NCBI GenBank assembly: GCA_041577295.1
Contig: JBFGJG010000015.1
Coordinates: forward strand, 15,873-79,872
Reading direction: 5' to 3'
Source of the DNA: Gemmatimonadales bacterium
GTDB lineage: Bacteria; Gemmatimonadota; Gemmatimonadetes; Gemmatimonadales; GWC2-71-9
Length of the DNA: 64,000 nt
Shown here: positions 30,123 through 40,015 of the stretch, piece by piece
Position numbering within the stretch: position 1 is the first letter of the stretch
How the letters are laid out: the number at the start of each line of letters is the position of its first letter
Notes under the pieces: model-generated
Told to the model about the DNA's origin: nothing
The model's database searches: none
The model's input: only the letters and a program-made list of their open reading frames with translations
Program-made: the position numbers and the translations under genes

Positions 30123-31139
30123 GTGCAGGCAGACCCCGCAAGGGTTGAAGATCGCGATGTCCAGCTATTGAGGCGCCTCGCCGGTGCCAAGGCGCAGCTC
30201 CTCGAGCAGATCCGCCACCGTATCGTTGGCCAGAGCGAGGTGCTCGATGGGATCCTCACCGCGATCGTCTCCGGTGGGCACGCGTTGCTCGTCGGCGTGC
30301 CGGGCCTGGCGAAAACGCTGATGGTATCGACCGTGGCAGAGGCGCTCCGGCTCAAGTTCGCGCGGATCCAGTTCACGCCCGATCTCATGCCGAGCGACAT
30401 CACCGGGACCGAGATCATCGAAGAAGATCGCACGACCGGAAAGCGCGCATTTCGGTTCGTCCACGGCCCCGTGTTTGCAAACGTCGTCTTGGCGGATGAG
30501 ATCAACCGCGCTCCACCCAAGACACAAGCCGCGTTGCTCCAGGCCATGCAGGAGCACGACGTGACCGCTGCCGGACAGACGTTTCACCTGCCGGAGCCGT
30601 TCTTCGTCTTGGCCACGCAAAACCCAATCGAGCAAGAGGGAACGTATCCGCTTCCGGAGGCGCAGCTCGACCGTTTCATGTTCGAGCTCCGTGTGCAGTA
30701 TCCTAGCCGCGACGATGAGGAACGGATTGTCGAAGAGACGACGAGCGACGAGGAGCATCCCGTGCACGCCGTGCTCGAGTCCAAGGAAATCCAACAGATA
30801 CAACATCTCGTGCGGCGTATTCCGGCACCCCGGCCCATCGTCAGGGCGGCCGTGGCACTCGCTCGAATGACCCGGCCAGCCGAAGCAGAGGCTCCGACAT
30901 TCATTAAGGAGTACGTCAGCTGGGGAGCGGGACCGCGAGCATCCCAGTACCTGGTGTTGGGAGCCAAGGCGCGAGCGGCGCTCGATGGGCGGCCCATGGC
31001 CGACTTGGACGACGTGGCTGACGTCGCGTTGTCGGTGTTGCGGCACCGGGTCGTGGTCAGCTTTGCCGCCGAGGCCGCGGGGCGGACGGCCTCGGACATC
31101 TGTCGGCAGCTGATCGAGGAAAAGGTTTGGATGGCGTGA
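30123..31139 (+). CDS. MoxR family AAA+ ATPase
   Basis: GVPGLAKT, RIQFTPDLMPSD, DEINRAPPKTQAALL, TQNPIEQEGTYPLPEAQLDRF. Confidence 0.95.
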   Translation: MQADPARVEDRDVQLLRRLAGAKAQLLEQIRHRIVGQSEVLDGILTAIVSGGHALLVGVPGLAKTLMVSTVAEALRLKFARIQFTPDLMPSDITGTEIIEEDRTTGKRAFRFVHGPVFANVVLADEINRAPPKTQAALLQAMQEHDVTAAGQTFHLPEPFFVLATQNPIEQEGTYPLPEAQLDRFMFELRVQYPSRDDEERIVEETTSDEEHPVHAVLESKEIQQIQHLVRRIPAPRPIVRAAVALARMTRPAEAEAPTFIKEYVSWGAGPRASQYLVLGAKARAALDGRPMADLDDVADVALSVLRHRVVVSFAAEAAGRTASDICRQLIEEKVWMA

Positions 31140-31152
31140 TCGCCTCGCCATC

Positions 31153-31860
31153 GTGAAGCCCATTCTTCTCCGAATTCCGCGTTTCGAACAGCCGGACGAT
31201 GTTACCTGTGGGCCGACTTGTCTCGCGAAGGTTTATAGCTATTACGGGTACGAGAAGGATCTCGACGATATCATCGCGGAGACGCCACGGAATCCGGACG
31301 GTGGCACGTTGGCAGTGAATCTGGGAATCAGCGCGCTCAAAAATGGCTTTCGCCCGGCCATCTATCCCTTTGGCCTGAGAATCTTCGATCCCAGCTGGTG
31401 GCATTTGTCTCGTCGCGCGCTGATTCGGAAGCTCGAAGCGCGGTACACGGCTGTGCGGTCGAAGCGGCAGCGGCGGGCGGTCGCCGCATTTATCGGGTAC
31501 TTGAACCTGGGCGGGCGGCTGACGTTTCGTGAGCCGAGCAAGAAACTGCTCGTGGGAATTTTGAAAGCCGGAGATCCGATCCTCACGGGTTTGAGCGCCA
31601 GCTACCTGTACGGGACAAAGCGCGAGCGTGACGACCGGTACGATGACGTCGGAGGTGAACCTGCCGGCCACTTCGTCGTCATCGCAGGCTACTACCCCAA
31701 GAGCGATCGCTTCGTGGTGGCAGATCCCTTTACCAAGGTGCCAATGAGTAAGAGCGGCCGATATTCAGTCGGCGCAGAGCGCCTGATTGCGGCTATCCTT
31801 CTTGGCGACGTCACCTACGACGCCAACTTGCTGGTCGTGGGAGAGCGGGGCCGCCGATGA
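31153..31860 (+). CDS. C39-like papain-fold peptidase
   Basis: QPDDVTCGPTC (oxyanion Gln and catalytic Cys), GHFVV, VADP. Confidence 0.85.
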   Translation: MKPILLRIPRFEQPDDVTCGPTCLAKVYSYYGYEKDLDDIIAETPRNPDGGTLAVNLGISALKNGFRPAIYPFGLRIFDPSWWHLSRRALIRKLEARYTAVRSKRQRRAVAAFIGYLNLGGRLTFREPSKKLLVGILKAGDPILTGLSASYLYGTKRERDDRYDDVGGEPAGHFVVIAGYYPKSDRFVVADPFTKVPMSKSGRYSVGAERLIAAILLGDVTYDANLLVVGERGRR

Positions 31861-33476
31861 GCGAGGAGGGTGCGAGACGCAAACGCCTCCGCTACATGGT
31901 GGTCACGGATCTTCCCTTCCCGACCGCCCTCGCGGGGATTCCCTGCCGCACAGCCGATGAGTACTTCGCCGGAGGTGGCGACACGTTGGACGACGGGTTG
32001 ACCGTGGTCAACCTGTGCCGTTCCTACGACTACCTCTCGAAGGGCTATTACGTCTCGCTGCTCGCCGAGGCCCGACACCAACGGGTTCTGCCGACGCTGG
32101 CGGTGATCGAGGCGATTCACGATCCGTTCGTGTATTTCCGTGCCTTGGAAGAAGCGGGAATCGATACCATCGATTATCGCATCGTCCGTGGCGGACGGCG
32201 GCTGTTACCGAAGGTAATCCTTCCAGAACGGGATCCGGAGGAGACCCAACAGCGGACGCGGGCTCCCCTCACGCGGGAAATCGAAGGCGACACGGTGCGA
32301 TACGAGCACGGCGCTCACCAGTACGCCGAGACGACTGCCGTGCTCGGAAAAACGCTCGACGAGCGGTTCCGCCGGCAGTGTGCGGCGGTGTTCAAGGTCT
32401 ATGCAGTTCCGGTGCTGCGTCTGCGGATGTATCGAGAACCGGAAGACGACACGTGGCAGGTGGGACAGATCTTTCCCACGAGCTTGGGCCAACTCGGTCC
32501 GGCGGAGCTGCAGTTATTGGCCACCGAGCTCAGCAAGGAACGCTTGCGTCGAGCGACACGAAGCCCGGTCGTTCGCCGTCCGTATCGGATCGCTTGCCTG
32601 TGGGACGAGCGCGATCCCTTTGCACCATCGGACGAAGGCACCTTGGAACGGTTCGAACGGGCCGCGGAGAAGCAGGATACCTTATTTGAGGTCATCGGCA
32701 AAGAAGACCTCGTGTCGCTGGCGGAGTACGATGCACTGTTCATTCGCACGGTGACCGGCGTCAATCACTATGCCTTCACATTTGCCCACACCGCCGAAAG
32801 CCTTGGTATTCCGGTCATCGACGACACGCAGTCGATTATTCGATGCTCGAACAAGGTCTTTCTCCACGAGCTCTTCGAGAAGAACCGGATTGCGACACCC
32901 CGCACCGAGATGATCACCCAGCGAACCACACCGGACGAGCTAAGAGAGATCGGCTTTCCCATGATCATCAAGCTGCCGGATGGGACTTTCTCCCACGCCG
33001 TGAAAAAGGTCGCGGATCCCGGTGAGCTCGAAGCGTTGTGTCAAGACATGTTTCGCAAGTCGCCGCTCCTGATCGCGCAGGAGTTTACGCCAACGCGGTT
33101 CGATTGGCGTATCGGGGTGCTCGAGGGTCGGCTGCTGTTTGCTGCCAAATACCATATGGTCAAGGACCATTGGCAGATCGTGGGTCGGTGGAAAACAGGG
33201 CGGGTCCGTTACGGACGTGTCGAAGCGGTTCCCCTCAGCGAGGTCCCGGAACCCGTGCGTGCACTGGCGATGGAGGCGGCGGTATTGATCGGTAACGGAC
33301 TCTACGGGGTCGACATCAAAGACGTGGATGGCCGCCCCATGGTCATCGAAGTGAACGACAACCCCAACCTCGTCGAGGGTGACGAAGACGCCATCGAAAA
33401 GGATCGGATCTACGACGCGATCATCGCAGCGTTGCTGCGCCGCATTCAAGAAACGGCCGAGTCGAGAGTTTCCTGA
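31857..33476 (+). CDS. RimK-like ATP-grasp ligase with RLAN-type N-terminal domain
   Basis: VNLCRSYDYLSKGYYVSLLAEAR; DALFIR, CSNK, QEF, DWRIGVL, YGVDIK, IEVNDNP. Confidence 0.9.
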   Translation: MSEEGARRKRLRYMVVTDLPFPTALAGIPCRTADEYFAGGGDTLDDGLTVVNLCRSYDYLSKGYYVSLLAEARHQRVLPTLAVIEAIHDPFVYFRALEEAGIDTIDYRIVRGGRRLLPKVILPERDPEETQQRTRAPLTREIEGDTVRYEHGAHQYAETTAVLGKTLDERFRRQCAAVFKVYAVPVLRLRMYREPEDDTWQVGQIFPTSLGQLGPAELQLLATELSKERLRRATRSPVVRRPYRIACLWDERDPFAPSDEGTLERFERAAEKQDTLFEVIGKEDLVSLAEYDALFIRTVTGVNHYAFTFAHTAESLGIPVIDDTQSIIRCSNKVFLHELFEKNRIATPRTEMITQRTTPDELREIGFPMIIKLPDGTFSHAVKKVADPGELEALCQDMFRKSPLLIAQEFTPTRFDWRIGVLEGRLLFAAKYHMVKDHWQIVGRWKTGRVRYGRVEAVPLSEVPEPVRALAMEAAVLIGNGLYGVDIKDVDGRPMVIEVNDNPNLVEGDEDAIEKDRIYDAIIAALLRRIQETAESRVS

Positions 33477-34720
33477 CCACCCTCGGTCGGCCGTACCGGC
33501 TGTTCGAGGTGGTGGGCCTCGAGATGGAGTACGTGGTCATCGACGATGCGCTTCGTCCGCGCCAACTGGTCGAACCGGCGTTTCGAGTTATCCATGGACG
33601 TCCCACATCGGAGATCGAATGGGGCGAGGCGGGGTTCTCGAACGAACTCGCCGCACACGTTTTCGAGTTGAAGACCATGCAGCCCGAGCGGAGTCTCCCC
33701 CGCGCGGAGCGGCATCTCGTCGCCGGCCTGAAGAAGTTCAGCAGCGTGTTGCGCGACCAGTTCAGCGCGCGCTTGCTACCCACTGCCATGCACCCGTTCA
33801 TGCATCCCAGCGAAACGCGGCTGTGGCCACGGGCGGGACAACGCATCTATCGCACGTATGCGCGAATCTTCGACATTCACCAGCACGGTTGGCTCAACGT
33901 GCAGGCGACGCACGTTAACCTGCCCTTCGGCTCCGAGCGGGAGACGATGGCGTTGCACAACGCGATCGCCTGCCTGATCCCGTACCTCCCAGCCCTCGCG
34001 GCCAGCTCGCCGATCTTCGAGGGGAAGCTAGGGCCTGCCGTGGACAACCGGCTGGCATTCTACCGCGTCAATCAGCGACGGTTCCCATCCATCACCGGAC
34101 AGATCGTGCCGGAGTTCGTGGACTCGTACCGGGAGTACCGCCGGCGCATCTTGAAGCCCATTTATCGGGCGTTGGATCACGTCGTCGACGGTCAGATCAT
34201 CCAACACGAATGGGTGAACTCGCGCGGAGCGATCATGCGCTTCATGCGAGATGCCATAGAGATCCGCGTGTTGGACACCCAAGAGTGTATCAAAGCGGAC
34301 GTGGCCATCGCGGCCTTCATTCGTTCGGTGTTACGTCACATGACGAAACAGACGCTCCATGGCGACACGCGGCTTCCGGACCACCGCGTCCTCGTGGCAG
34401 ATCTCGACGCCGTGATCCGTCACGGCCTCGCCGCGAACGTGATGGCCCCTCATATCCGCGTCCGTCGGCAACGCGCGCGGACCGCACGACACGTGCTGGA
34501 TCATCTCCTGAGCGTGGCCGCTGACGAGGTGCCGAAGACCGAGCGCCGTTACCTCCCGATCGTCGAAGCCCGGGTGAGCCGTGGAAACTTGTCCGAGCGA
34601 ATTCGCCGTACCGTGCGGCGCCGTGCCCCTCGACCGGGGCGGCGTCGACGGGAGGTGATTACAGGTATCTACGAGGAGCTGGCGACATGCCTTCAGGACA
34701 ACGTCACCTGGGACGAATAA
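33473..34720 (+). CDS. Glutamate-cysteine ligase (GCS2) family carboxylate-amine ligase
   Basis: GLEMEY, SNELAAHVFELKT, PTAMHP, HVNLPF, AASSP, NSRGAI, IEIRVLD; start is CTG 33473 or GTG 33509. Confidence 0.88.
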   Translation: MTTLGRPYRLFEVVGLEMEYVVIDDALRPRQLVEPAFRVIHGRPTSEIEWGEAGFSNELAAHVFELKTMQPERSLPRAERHLVAGLKKFSSVLRDQFSARLLPTAMHPFMHPSETRLWPRAGQRIYRTYARIFDIHQHGWLNVQATHVNLPFGSERETMALHNAIACLIPYLPALAASSPIFEGKLGPAVDNRLAFYRVNQRRFPSITGQIVPEFVDSYREYRRRILKPIYRALDHVVDGQIIQHEWVNSRGAIMRFMRDAIEIRVLDTQECIKADVAIAAFIRSVLRHMTKQTLHGDTRLPDHRVLVADLDAVIRHGLAANVMAPHIRVRRQRARTARHVLDHLLSVAADEVPKTERRYLPIVEARVSRGNLSERIRRTVRRRAPRPGRRRREVITGIYEELATCLQDNVTWDE

Positions 34721-35439
34721 GGCTGCTCGCGTCCGACCGAATCGTCGTCACCTGTGAGCACGCGTCCAACGCCATTCCCCGTGGTGTGAGACGCCCGGCC
34801 TCCGCGGCCGTGATGCGCTCGCACGCCGCCTGGGATCCCGGCGCGCGCGAGCTGGCGTCGATACTGGCGCACGGACTTGGCGCCGCACACTTCGCAGGCC
34901 GGTATTCGCGGCTGCTGGTCGATCTCAACCGCAGTCCGCGTAGCAAACAGCTCATGCCCACTGAGCTCTTTGGCTATGCCGTTCCGGGGAATAAGAACCT
35001 CAAGAAAACGCAGCGCGATGAGCGCATTGAAAAGTACTACACGCCCTACCGCGAGGTCGTCGAGCAGGCGATTCGCGACGCGATCGAGGAGGAGGGTAGC
35101 TGCCTGCACCTCAGCATTCACACCTTCGTGGCCAAGTATAAGGGCGAAGTGCGCGACTCGGACGTGGGCATTCTGTACGATCCCAAGCGAAGAAAAGAGC
35201 GCGTGTTTGCGGAGCGGCTGCGCGACGCGCTGATCGCGGCCAACATCTCCACGAAGATGAATTGGCCGTACACCGGCACAGCGGATGGATTCACCAAATA
35301 CTTGCGAAAGGAATTCCCAGCCACGAAGTACAGCGGGCTGGAAATCGAGGTCAACCAGCGCACGCTGACGACGAATCGCGCCGTGTGGACCATGGGGCGT
35401 ATGCTCACCGATGCCGTAGCGGCAGCTATCGAAATCTGA
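34687..35439 (+). CDS. N-formylglutamate amidohydrolase family protein
   Basis: TCEHASN, WDPGA, SRLLVDLNRS, SIHTF, LEIEVNQ. Confidence 0.9.
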   Translation: MPSGQRHLGRIRLLASDRIVVTCEHASNAIPRGVRRPASAAVMRSHAAWDPGARELASILAHGLGAAHFAGRYSRLLVDLNRSPRSKQLMPTELFGYAVPGNKNLKKTQRDERIEKYYTPYREVVEQAIRDAIEEEGSCLHLSIHTFVAKYKGEVRDSDVGILYDPKRRKERVFAERLRDALIAANISTKMNWPYTGTADGFTKYLRKEFPATKYSGLEIEVNQRTLTTNRAVWTMGRMLTDAVAAAIEI

Positions 35440-35442
35440 CAG

Positions 35443-36294
35443 TCAGCGCAGAGAGTCCGCCGGCAACGGGTCGTTGAGCGGGGGCAGCGAGTCTCGCGGC
35501 AGGCTGTCGAGCGACATGAGCAGTTCTTCCGGAAGGCGGATGGTGTCGAGGTCGATGTTGGGTGGTGGCGACCCGCCGACATGCCGCCAGAGGAACGCCG
35601 CCCGCTCCATCCTCCCCACGATCTCCGCTACATACCGGCGGTAACTTGGCGTATCACGCGCTGGATTCCATTGCGACGGACGCGGCAGGCTCGCGGCGAG
35701 CATGGCCGCCTCATACTCCGTCAGCTGCACAGCCGACTTGCCGAAGTAGTGCCACGCCGCCGCCTCAGCACCATAAACGCTCGGGCCAAACTCCACCACA
35801 TTCAGATAGATCTCGAGGATCCTCGACTTGGTCAGGTGTTGTTCGAGCTGGCGAGTGAGTACCGCCTCCTTCAGCTTGCGCAACGGATTCCGCGACGGGG
35901 ACAGCCAAAGATTCTTCGCGAGCTGCTGGGTGATTGTCGATGCACCGCGAGGCGCGCTCCGCTCGGCAATCGCCTCTTTGATGGCCACGCCGATCTCGGC
36001 CGTCGAGAACCCAGCGTGCGAGAAGAACTCCATGTCCTCCGCCGCAACCGCCGCACGTTTGAGGTGAGGTGATATCGCCGCATCGGGGACCCATTGCCAT
36101 GCGACCTCGGCCGGTTGGCCACGCTCTCGCTGCCGCTCCTTCGCCATTTCGATGAACGCGGTCGTGCGGGGAGGCACCGACGCGAGTTGCTCGACGTCCG
36201 GCCACGTAAGGAGGATAAAGGCGAGCAGGAGTGCTACCAACCCAAAGGCGGCAAGGACGGTCCACCGGAGGATACGCCACGACGTCGTGCTCAT
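35443..36294 (-). CDS. mtgA: Monofunctional peptidoglycan transglycosylase
   Basis: AAEDMEFFSH, RGASTITQQLAKNL, RKLKE, YLNVVEFG. Confidence 0.92.
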   Translation of the reverse strand: MSTTSWRILRWTVLAAFGLVALLLAFILLTWPDVEQLASVPPRTTAFIEMAKERQRERGQPAEVAWQWVPDAAISPHLKRAAVAAEDMEFFSHAGFSTAEIGVAIKEAIAERSAPRGASTITQQLAKNLWLSPSRNPLRKLKEAVLTRQLEQHLTKSRILEIYLNVVEFGPSVYGAEAAAWHYFGKSAVQLTEYEAAMLAASLPRPSQWNPARDTPSYRRYVAEIVGRMERAAFLWRHVGGSPPPNIDLDTIRLPEELLMSLDSLPRDSLPPLNDPLPADSLR

Positions 36295-36343
36295 CCTTCC
36301 ATGAAAGCACTCGCGGGAGGCTCCGATGTCAACCCAGCGAGCG

Positions 36344-37657
36344 TCAGCCGATTCGCTCTTCCAGCGGGCGGACGGCGGGAGCCGAAGGGACCAGCAACGC
36401 GTCCCGTTCGGCCACGGGTTCCGTGCGAGCAACGAAGACGGCGGCCGTGAGATCGCCGGCGACGTTGAGCGTGGTGCGGCACATGTCCAAGATGCGGTCG
36501 ACCCCGAGAATGATCGCGATCCCCTCCGGTGGCACGCCCACCGCGGCGAGCACCACCATGATCAGCGGAAGCGAGCCACCCGGAACTCCTGCTGCACCCA
36601 CCGCGGTCAACACACTGAGCACCACCACGACCACCTGCTGACCGAGCGAGAGATCCACACCAAAGACCTGTGCGAGGAACAGCACCGTCACTCCCTCGTA
36701 GAGCGCCGTGCCGTTCATGTTCATCGTCGCCCCGAGAGGGAGCACAAACCCTGCGATCCGAGCCGGGACGCCGAGCTGACGCTCGGCGACCGCGATGTTC
36801 GTCGGTAACGTGGCGTTGCTCGAGCTCGTCGAAAACGCGGTCACGAGGCTGGCCCGTGCCCGTTTCCAGAAGCTGATCGGGTTATGGCCACCGAGCAGCC
36901 ACACCAGCAAAGAGAGAGTCACTAGACCGTGTAGCAGCAGACCTCCCACGACGATTGCCACATAGACGCCAAGCTGCTCGAGGATGTTCCAGCCAAACCG
37001 GGAGGTCACCACGAAGATGAGGCCGAACACGCCATAGGGCGCGAGCTTCATCGCAAGGTCGATGATCTTGATCACGACATCGCCCAGCACCTCGATCAGC
37101 CGCAGCATCGGGCGTGCACGGTCCTGTGGGATCATCGTGAGCGCGGCGCCAAAGACGACCGAAAAGAAAATGACGCCTAGCATGTCCATCGAGGCGGCCG
37201 CCTGGATGGGATTGCGGGGTACGATGTTCACGAATGTGCTGATGCCAAAGCGGGCACCGGTGCCGGACTGGAGCCCCTGAGCATCACCGCGATAGGTGTC
37301 AAAGAGCGCCTGACGCGTGGTGGCGTCGATCGCCACGCCAGGGTCCAACGCATTGACCAGCGCGAGCCCGACGACCGTGGAGAGTGCCGTGGACACCAGG
37401 AAGTATCCGAGCGTTTTGCCGCCGATTCGTCCGAGCTTGCGGATGTCACCGATGCCGGCCACCCCCAAGGTCACCGACGCGAAGACCAAGGGGATCACCG
37501 TCATGAGCAGGAGGCGTAAGAAGATCTGGCCGGCGGGTCCGGCGACGTATTCGTTTACGAGGCGGAGCCCCGTTGTGTCCGCGGCGAACGCCTTGGCAAG
37601 GGCACCAGCCGCTGCACCGGTCAGCAGTCCGATGACGATCTTGGTGTGGAGCTTCAT
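36344..37657 (-). CDS. Dicarboxylate/amino acid:cation symporter (DAACS)
   Basis: AFSTSSSNATLP, GATMNMNGTALY, GVDRILDMCRT. Confidence 0.95.
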   Translation of the reverse strand: MKLHTKIVIGLLTGAAAGALAKAFAADTTGLRLVNEYVAGPAGQIFLRLLLMTVIPLVFASVTLGVAGIGDIRKLGRIGGKTLGYFLVSTALSTVVGLALVNALDPGVAIDATTRQALFDTYRGDAQGLQSGTGARFGISTFVNIVPRNPIQAAASMDMLGVIFFSVVFGAALTMIPQDRARPMLRLIEVLGDVVIKIIDLAMKLAPYGVFGLIFVVTSRFGWNILEQLGVYVAIVVGGLLLHGLVTLSLLVWLLGGHNPISFWKRARASLVTAFSTSSSNATLPTNIAVAERQLGVPARIAGFVLPLGATMNMNGTALYEGVTVLFLAQVFGVDLSLGQQVVVVVLSVLTAVGAAGVPGGSLPLIMVVLAAVGVPPEGIAIILGVDRILDMCRTTLNVAGDLTAAVFVARTEPVAERDALLVPSAPAVRPLEERIG

Positions 37658-37691
37658 CGCGTGTACTGGCGGAAGCGAGTGTTTGGCTCGC

Positions 37692-37814
37692 TCACTGTTG
37701 TCCCGGCTCGTCGGACCGAACTGGGGAGCGCAGCACGCGGAGAAAGAACTTCCCCGTGAAGAACCCAATGACGGCCCAGGTCCCGAGAAGCATGATCCAC
37801 GCCGACCCCGTCAT
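37692..37814 (-). CDS. 40-aa single-TM protein, probable NSS transporter small subunit
   Basis: MTGSAWIMLLGTWAVIGFFTGKFFLRVLRSP...; ATGA overlap with the NSS transporter stop. Confidence 0.65.
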   Translation of the reverse strand: MTGSAWIMLLGTWAVIGFFTGKFFLRVLRSPVRSDEPGQQ

Positions 37815-39448
37815 AGGATTACTCTCGCCTTGAGACGCCACGCTTTCCACACGAGGAAGGCGCATCCCAAGAATACCAGCAACAGCAAACCGCGCGTGGC
37901 GTCCTGAACGAAGTCGTTGGTGAAGTTGCCCTGCGCGTCGAACCATGAGTACTCCGGGTCGCCCACGTGCAGCACACGTCCTATCACGCTGTCGGGCGCC
38001 AGCGGCCAACCCTCACCCGTGAAGACCGAACGCACTGCTGCTCCCCATCGACCCACTGGCTTGATCAACGCGCCGACAAAGACCACCAGAATGAACACCG
38101 GGGTGACGTACTTGATGACCGGTCGGATCAGCGTGGGCACTTGAATGTCGGCACCGCGTGTGATCTCCGCCCATCCCCGCTCCATGCCAAAGATCCAACC
38201 AAAGATGATGATCTCACCCAACGCGAACACGACGAGAGAAAAGGTGCCGCTCCAGAAATCGAACTCGTCGAACGACCCACCCGGATAGAGCCAAACACAC
38301 ACAAAGCCCAGCACGAGCGTGGTGGCGCCAAACGTGAACGCGGCGCGGGTCCGCTTGTAGCCGAACTCATCCTGCAAAAACGCGAGAATCGGTTGCCCCA
38401 TGGCGAGCGACGAGGTAATCCCGGCAAAGAACAGGAGCCCAAACCACAACGCACCCGCGAACGGGGCAAACCACCCCCACTGATTGAACAGCGATGGGAG
38501 CGCCAGAAAGCCGAGGGCAAACCCACTGCCGCCGGCGGTGGCCGCCTGCACCGCCTGCAGGCCGAGGTACGCGGTGGCGATCGGAATGAGAATCGAGCCG
38601 CCGAGAATGACCTCGACGAATTCGTTCATCCAACCGGCGGACGCCGCGTTGAGCGCGATGTCCTGCTCGCGCTTTATATATGCGGCGTAGCAGTGGATCG
38701 ACCCCATTCCCACGGAGAGCGTGAAGAAGATTTGCCCAGCGGCCGCGAGCCATGTCGTGGGATCGAGCAAACCGGCCGGTTGCGGTTGCCAGACGAAGTT
38801 CAGGCCTTCGAGGGGGCTCTGCACGACACCCGGATCGTGGGTTCCGAGTGTGAGACCGCGGATTGCGAGGATTGCGCCAAACGACAACAGCAGCGGCATG
38901 CCGATCTTTGCCGCGATCTCGATGCCCTTTTGCAGCCCGTGTGACAGAATCCAGACGTTGAGACCGAGTGTCAGAAGAAACCAGAACACCGCTTCGCGAG
39001 GTACGGCGAGAACGGAGTCCTCTTGCATGCCGAGATACCGCGGGAAGAATTCGCCGGCCGCGACGTCTTTGAATGTCCCGGTTGCCGAATGCCACACGTA
39101 GGACAGCGTCCAGGACTCGATATAGCAGTAGTAGGCCGCGACGGTGAGATTGGTAAAGAGCCCGAACACGCCGACGTATTTGAGCCATCGGTACTTGCCC
39201 AACCGGTCGAACATGCCCGGCGCCGAATGGTGACCAAACTGGCCGCCGTGACGGCCGATCGCCCACTCCACCCACAGGAGTGGGATACCCATGAGAAGGA
39301 AGGAAACGAGGTAGGGAATTAGAAACGAACCGCCGCCGTTCTGGGCTGCCTGTGCGGGGAATCGCAGGAAGTTGCCCAGACCGACGGCGTTTCCCGCCAT
39401 CGCCAGAACCAAGCCGACCCTGGTGCCCCAGCGCTCGCGGCTGGACAT
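37811..39448 (-). CDS. Sodium-dependent transporter, NSS/LeuT family
   Basis: RERWGTR, AGNAVGLGNFLRFP, AAAGQIFFTLSVG. Confidence 0.95.
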   Translation of the reverse strand: MSSRERWGTRVGLVLAMAGNAVGLGNFLRFPAQAAQNGGGSFLIPYLVSFLLMGIPLLWVEWAIGRHGGQFGHHSAPGMFDRLGKYRWLKYVGVFGLFTNLTVAAYYCYIESWTLSYVWHSATGTFKDVAAGEFFPRYLGMQEDSVLAVPREAVFWFLLTLGLNVWILSHGLQKGIEIAAKIGMPLLLSFGAILAIRGLTLGTHDPGVVQSPLEGLNFVWQPQPAGLLDPTTWLAAAGQIFFTLSVGMGSIHCYAAYIKREQDIALNAASAGWMNEFVEVILGGSILIPIATAYLGLQAVQAATAGGSGFALGFLALPSLFNQWGWFAPFAGALWFGLLFFAGITSSLAMGQPILAFLQDEFGYKRTRAAFTFGATTLVLGFVCVWLYPGGSFDEFDFWSGTFSLVVFALGEIIIFGWIFGMERGWAEITRGADIQVPTLIRPVIKYVTPVFILVVFVGALIKPVGRWGAAVRSVFTGEGWPLAPDSVIGRVLHVGDPEYSWFDAQGNFTNDFVQDATRGLLLLVFLGCAFLVWKAWRLKARVIL

Positions 39449-39798
39449 AGACCCGGCCTTCAAACTCCACGGCCCGTGCCGAAGTGACACGGGCCTCTGA
39501 AAGAGTGCGCGAAGTCTAAGGGCGGCTTTGCGGAAGTCAATGCCCGGCTCCCCCCCTTTACTTCCACTACGGGCACATTACAATTGGCGTCCGCACGCGA
39601 GGCGTGAAGGGGTGCGAGGTGAGGCGCCGGCGGTGGAGCGTGCAACGCTTGGCGTCCAGAGCGGTAAACAACGCCGCTCATCGTGGAATGCTCTGGGTGG
39701 ATGCGATGCGCGACGTCCCATCGACGCGCGATCGAAGAGAAAAGCGATACAACTACGACCGCTGAGTCAGTGACGTCAGTCTGGCCCGGCGGTCTTTT

Positions 39799-39814
39799 TG
39801 TGAGGTAGATCACA
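39799..39814. promoter_or_regulatory. CRP/FNR-family operator (TGTGA-N6-TCACA)
   Basis: Exact TGTGA GGTAGA TCACA with a T-rich left flank, 3 nt before an AAAGGAGG RBS. Confidence 0.7.
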
Positions 39815-39831
39815 ATCAAAGGAGGATAGGT

Positions 39832-39993
39832 ATGAAGACACCACAGAAGCCCGGCCCGCAGCCGGCCAAGCCCGCCCAGCAACAGCCGAAGCCGGGCCAG
39901 CAGGTCGGGCACACCCCATCGCAACAGGCGCCCAAGGGCAGCCAGCCTGGCTCGCCGGCGGTTCAGCCGAAGCCGGGTCAGCCGAAGAAATAG
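39832..39993 (+). CDS. 53-aa Pro/Gln/Lys-rich basic microprotein
   Basis: MKTPQKPGPQPAKPAQQQPKPGQQVGHTPSQQAPKGSQPGSPAVQPKPGQPKK*; RBS at 39818-39825 and a downstream hairpin; below the ORF-track length cutoff. Confidence 0.8.
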   Translation: MKTPQKPGPQPAKPAQQQPKPGQQVGHTPSQQAPKGSQPGSPAVQPKPGQPKK

Positions 39994-40015
39994 GGAGCAG
40001 CATCGAAGGACAACG

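Noticed and set aside
39763..39778. TGAGTCA and TGACGTCA palindromes
   Set aside because: These match eukaryotic bZIP sites; short dyads are expected by chance and I know no bacterial meaning for them.
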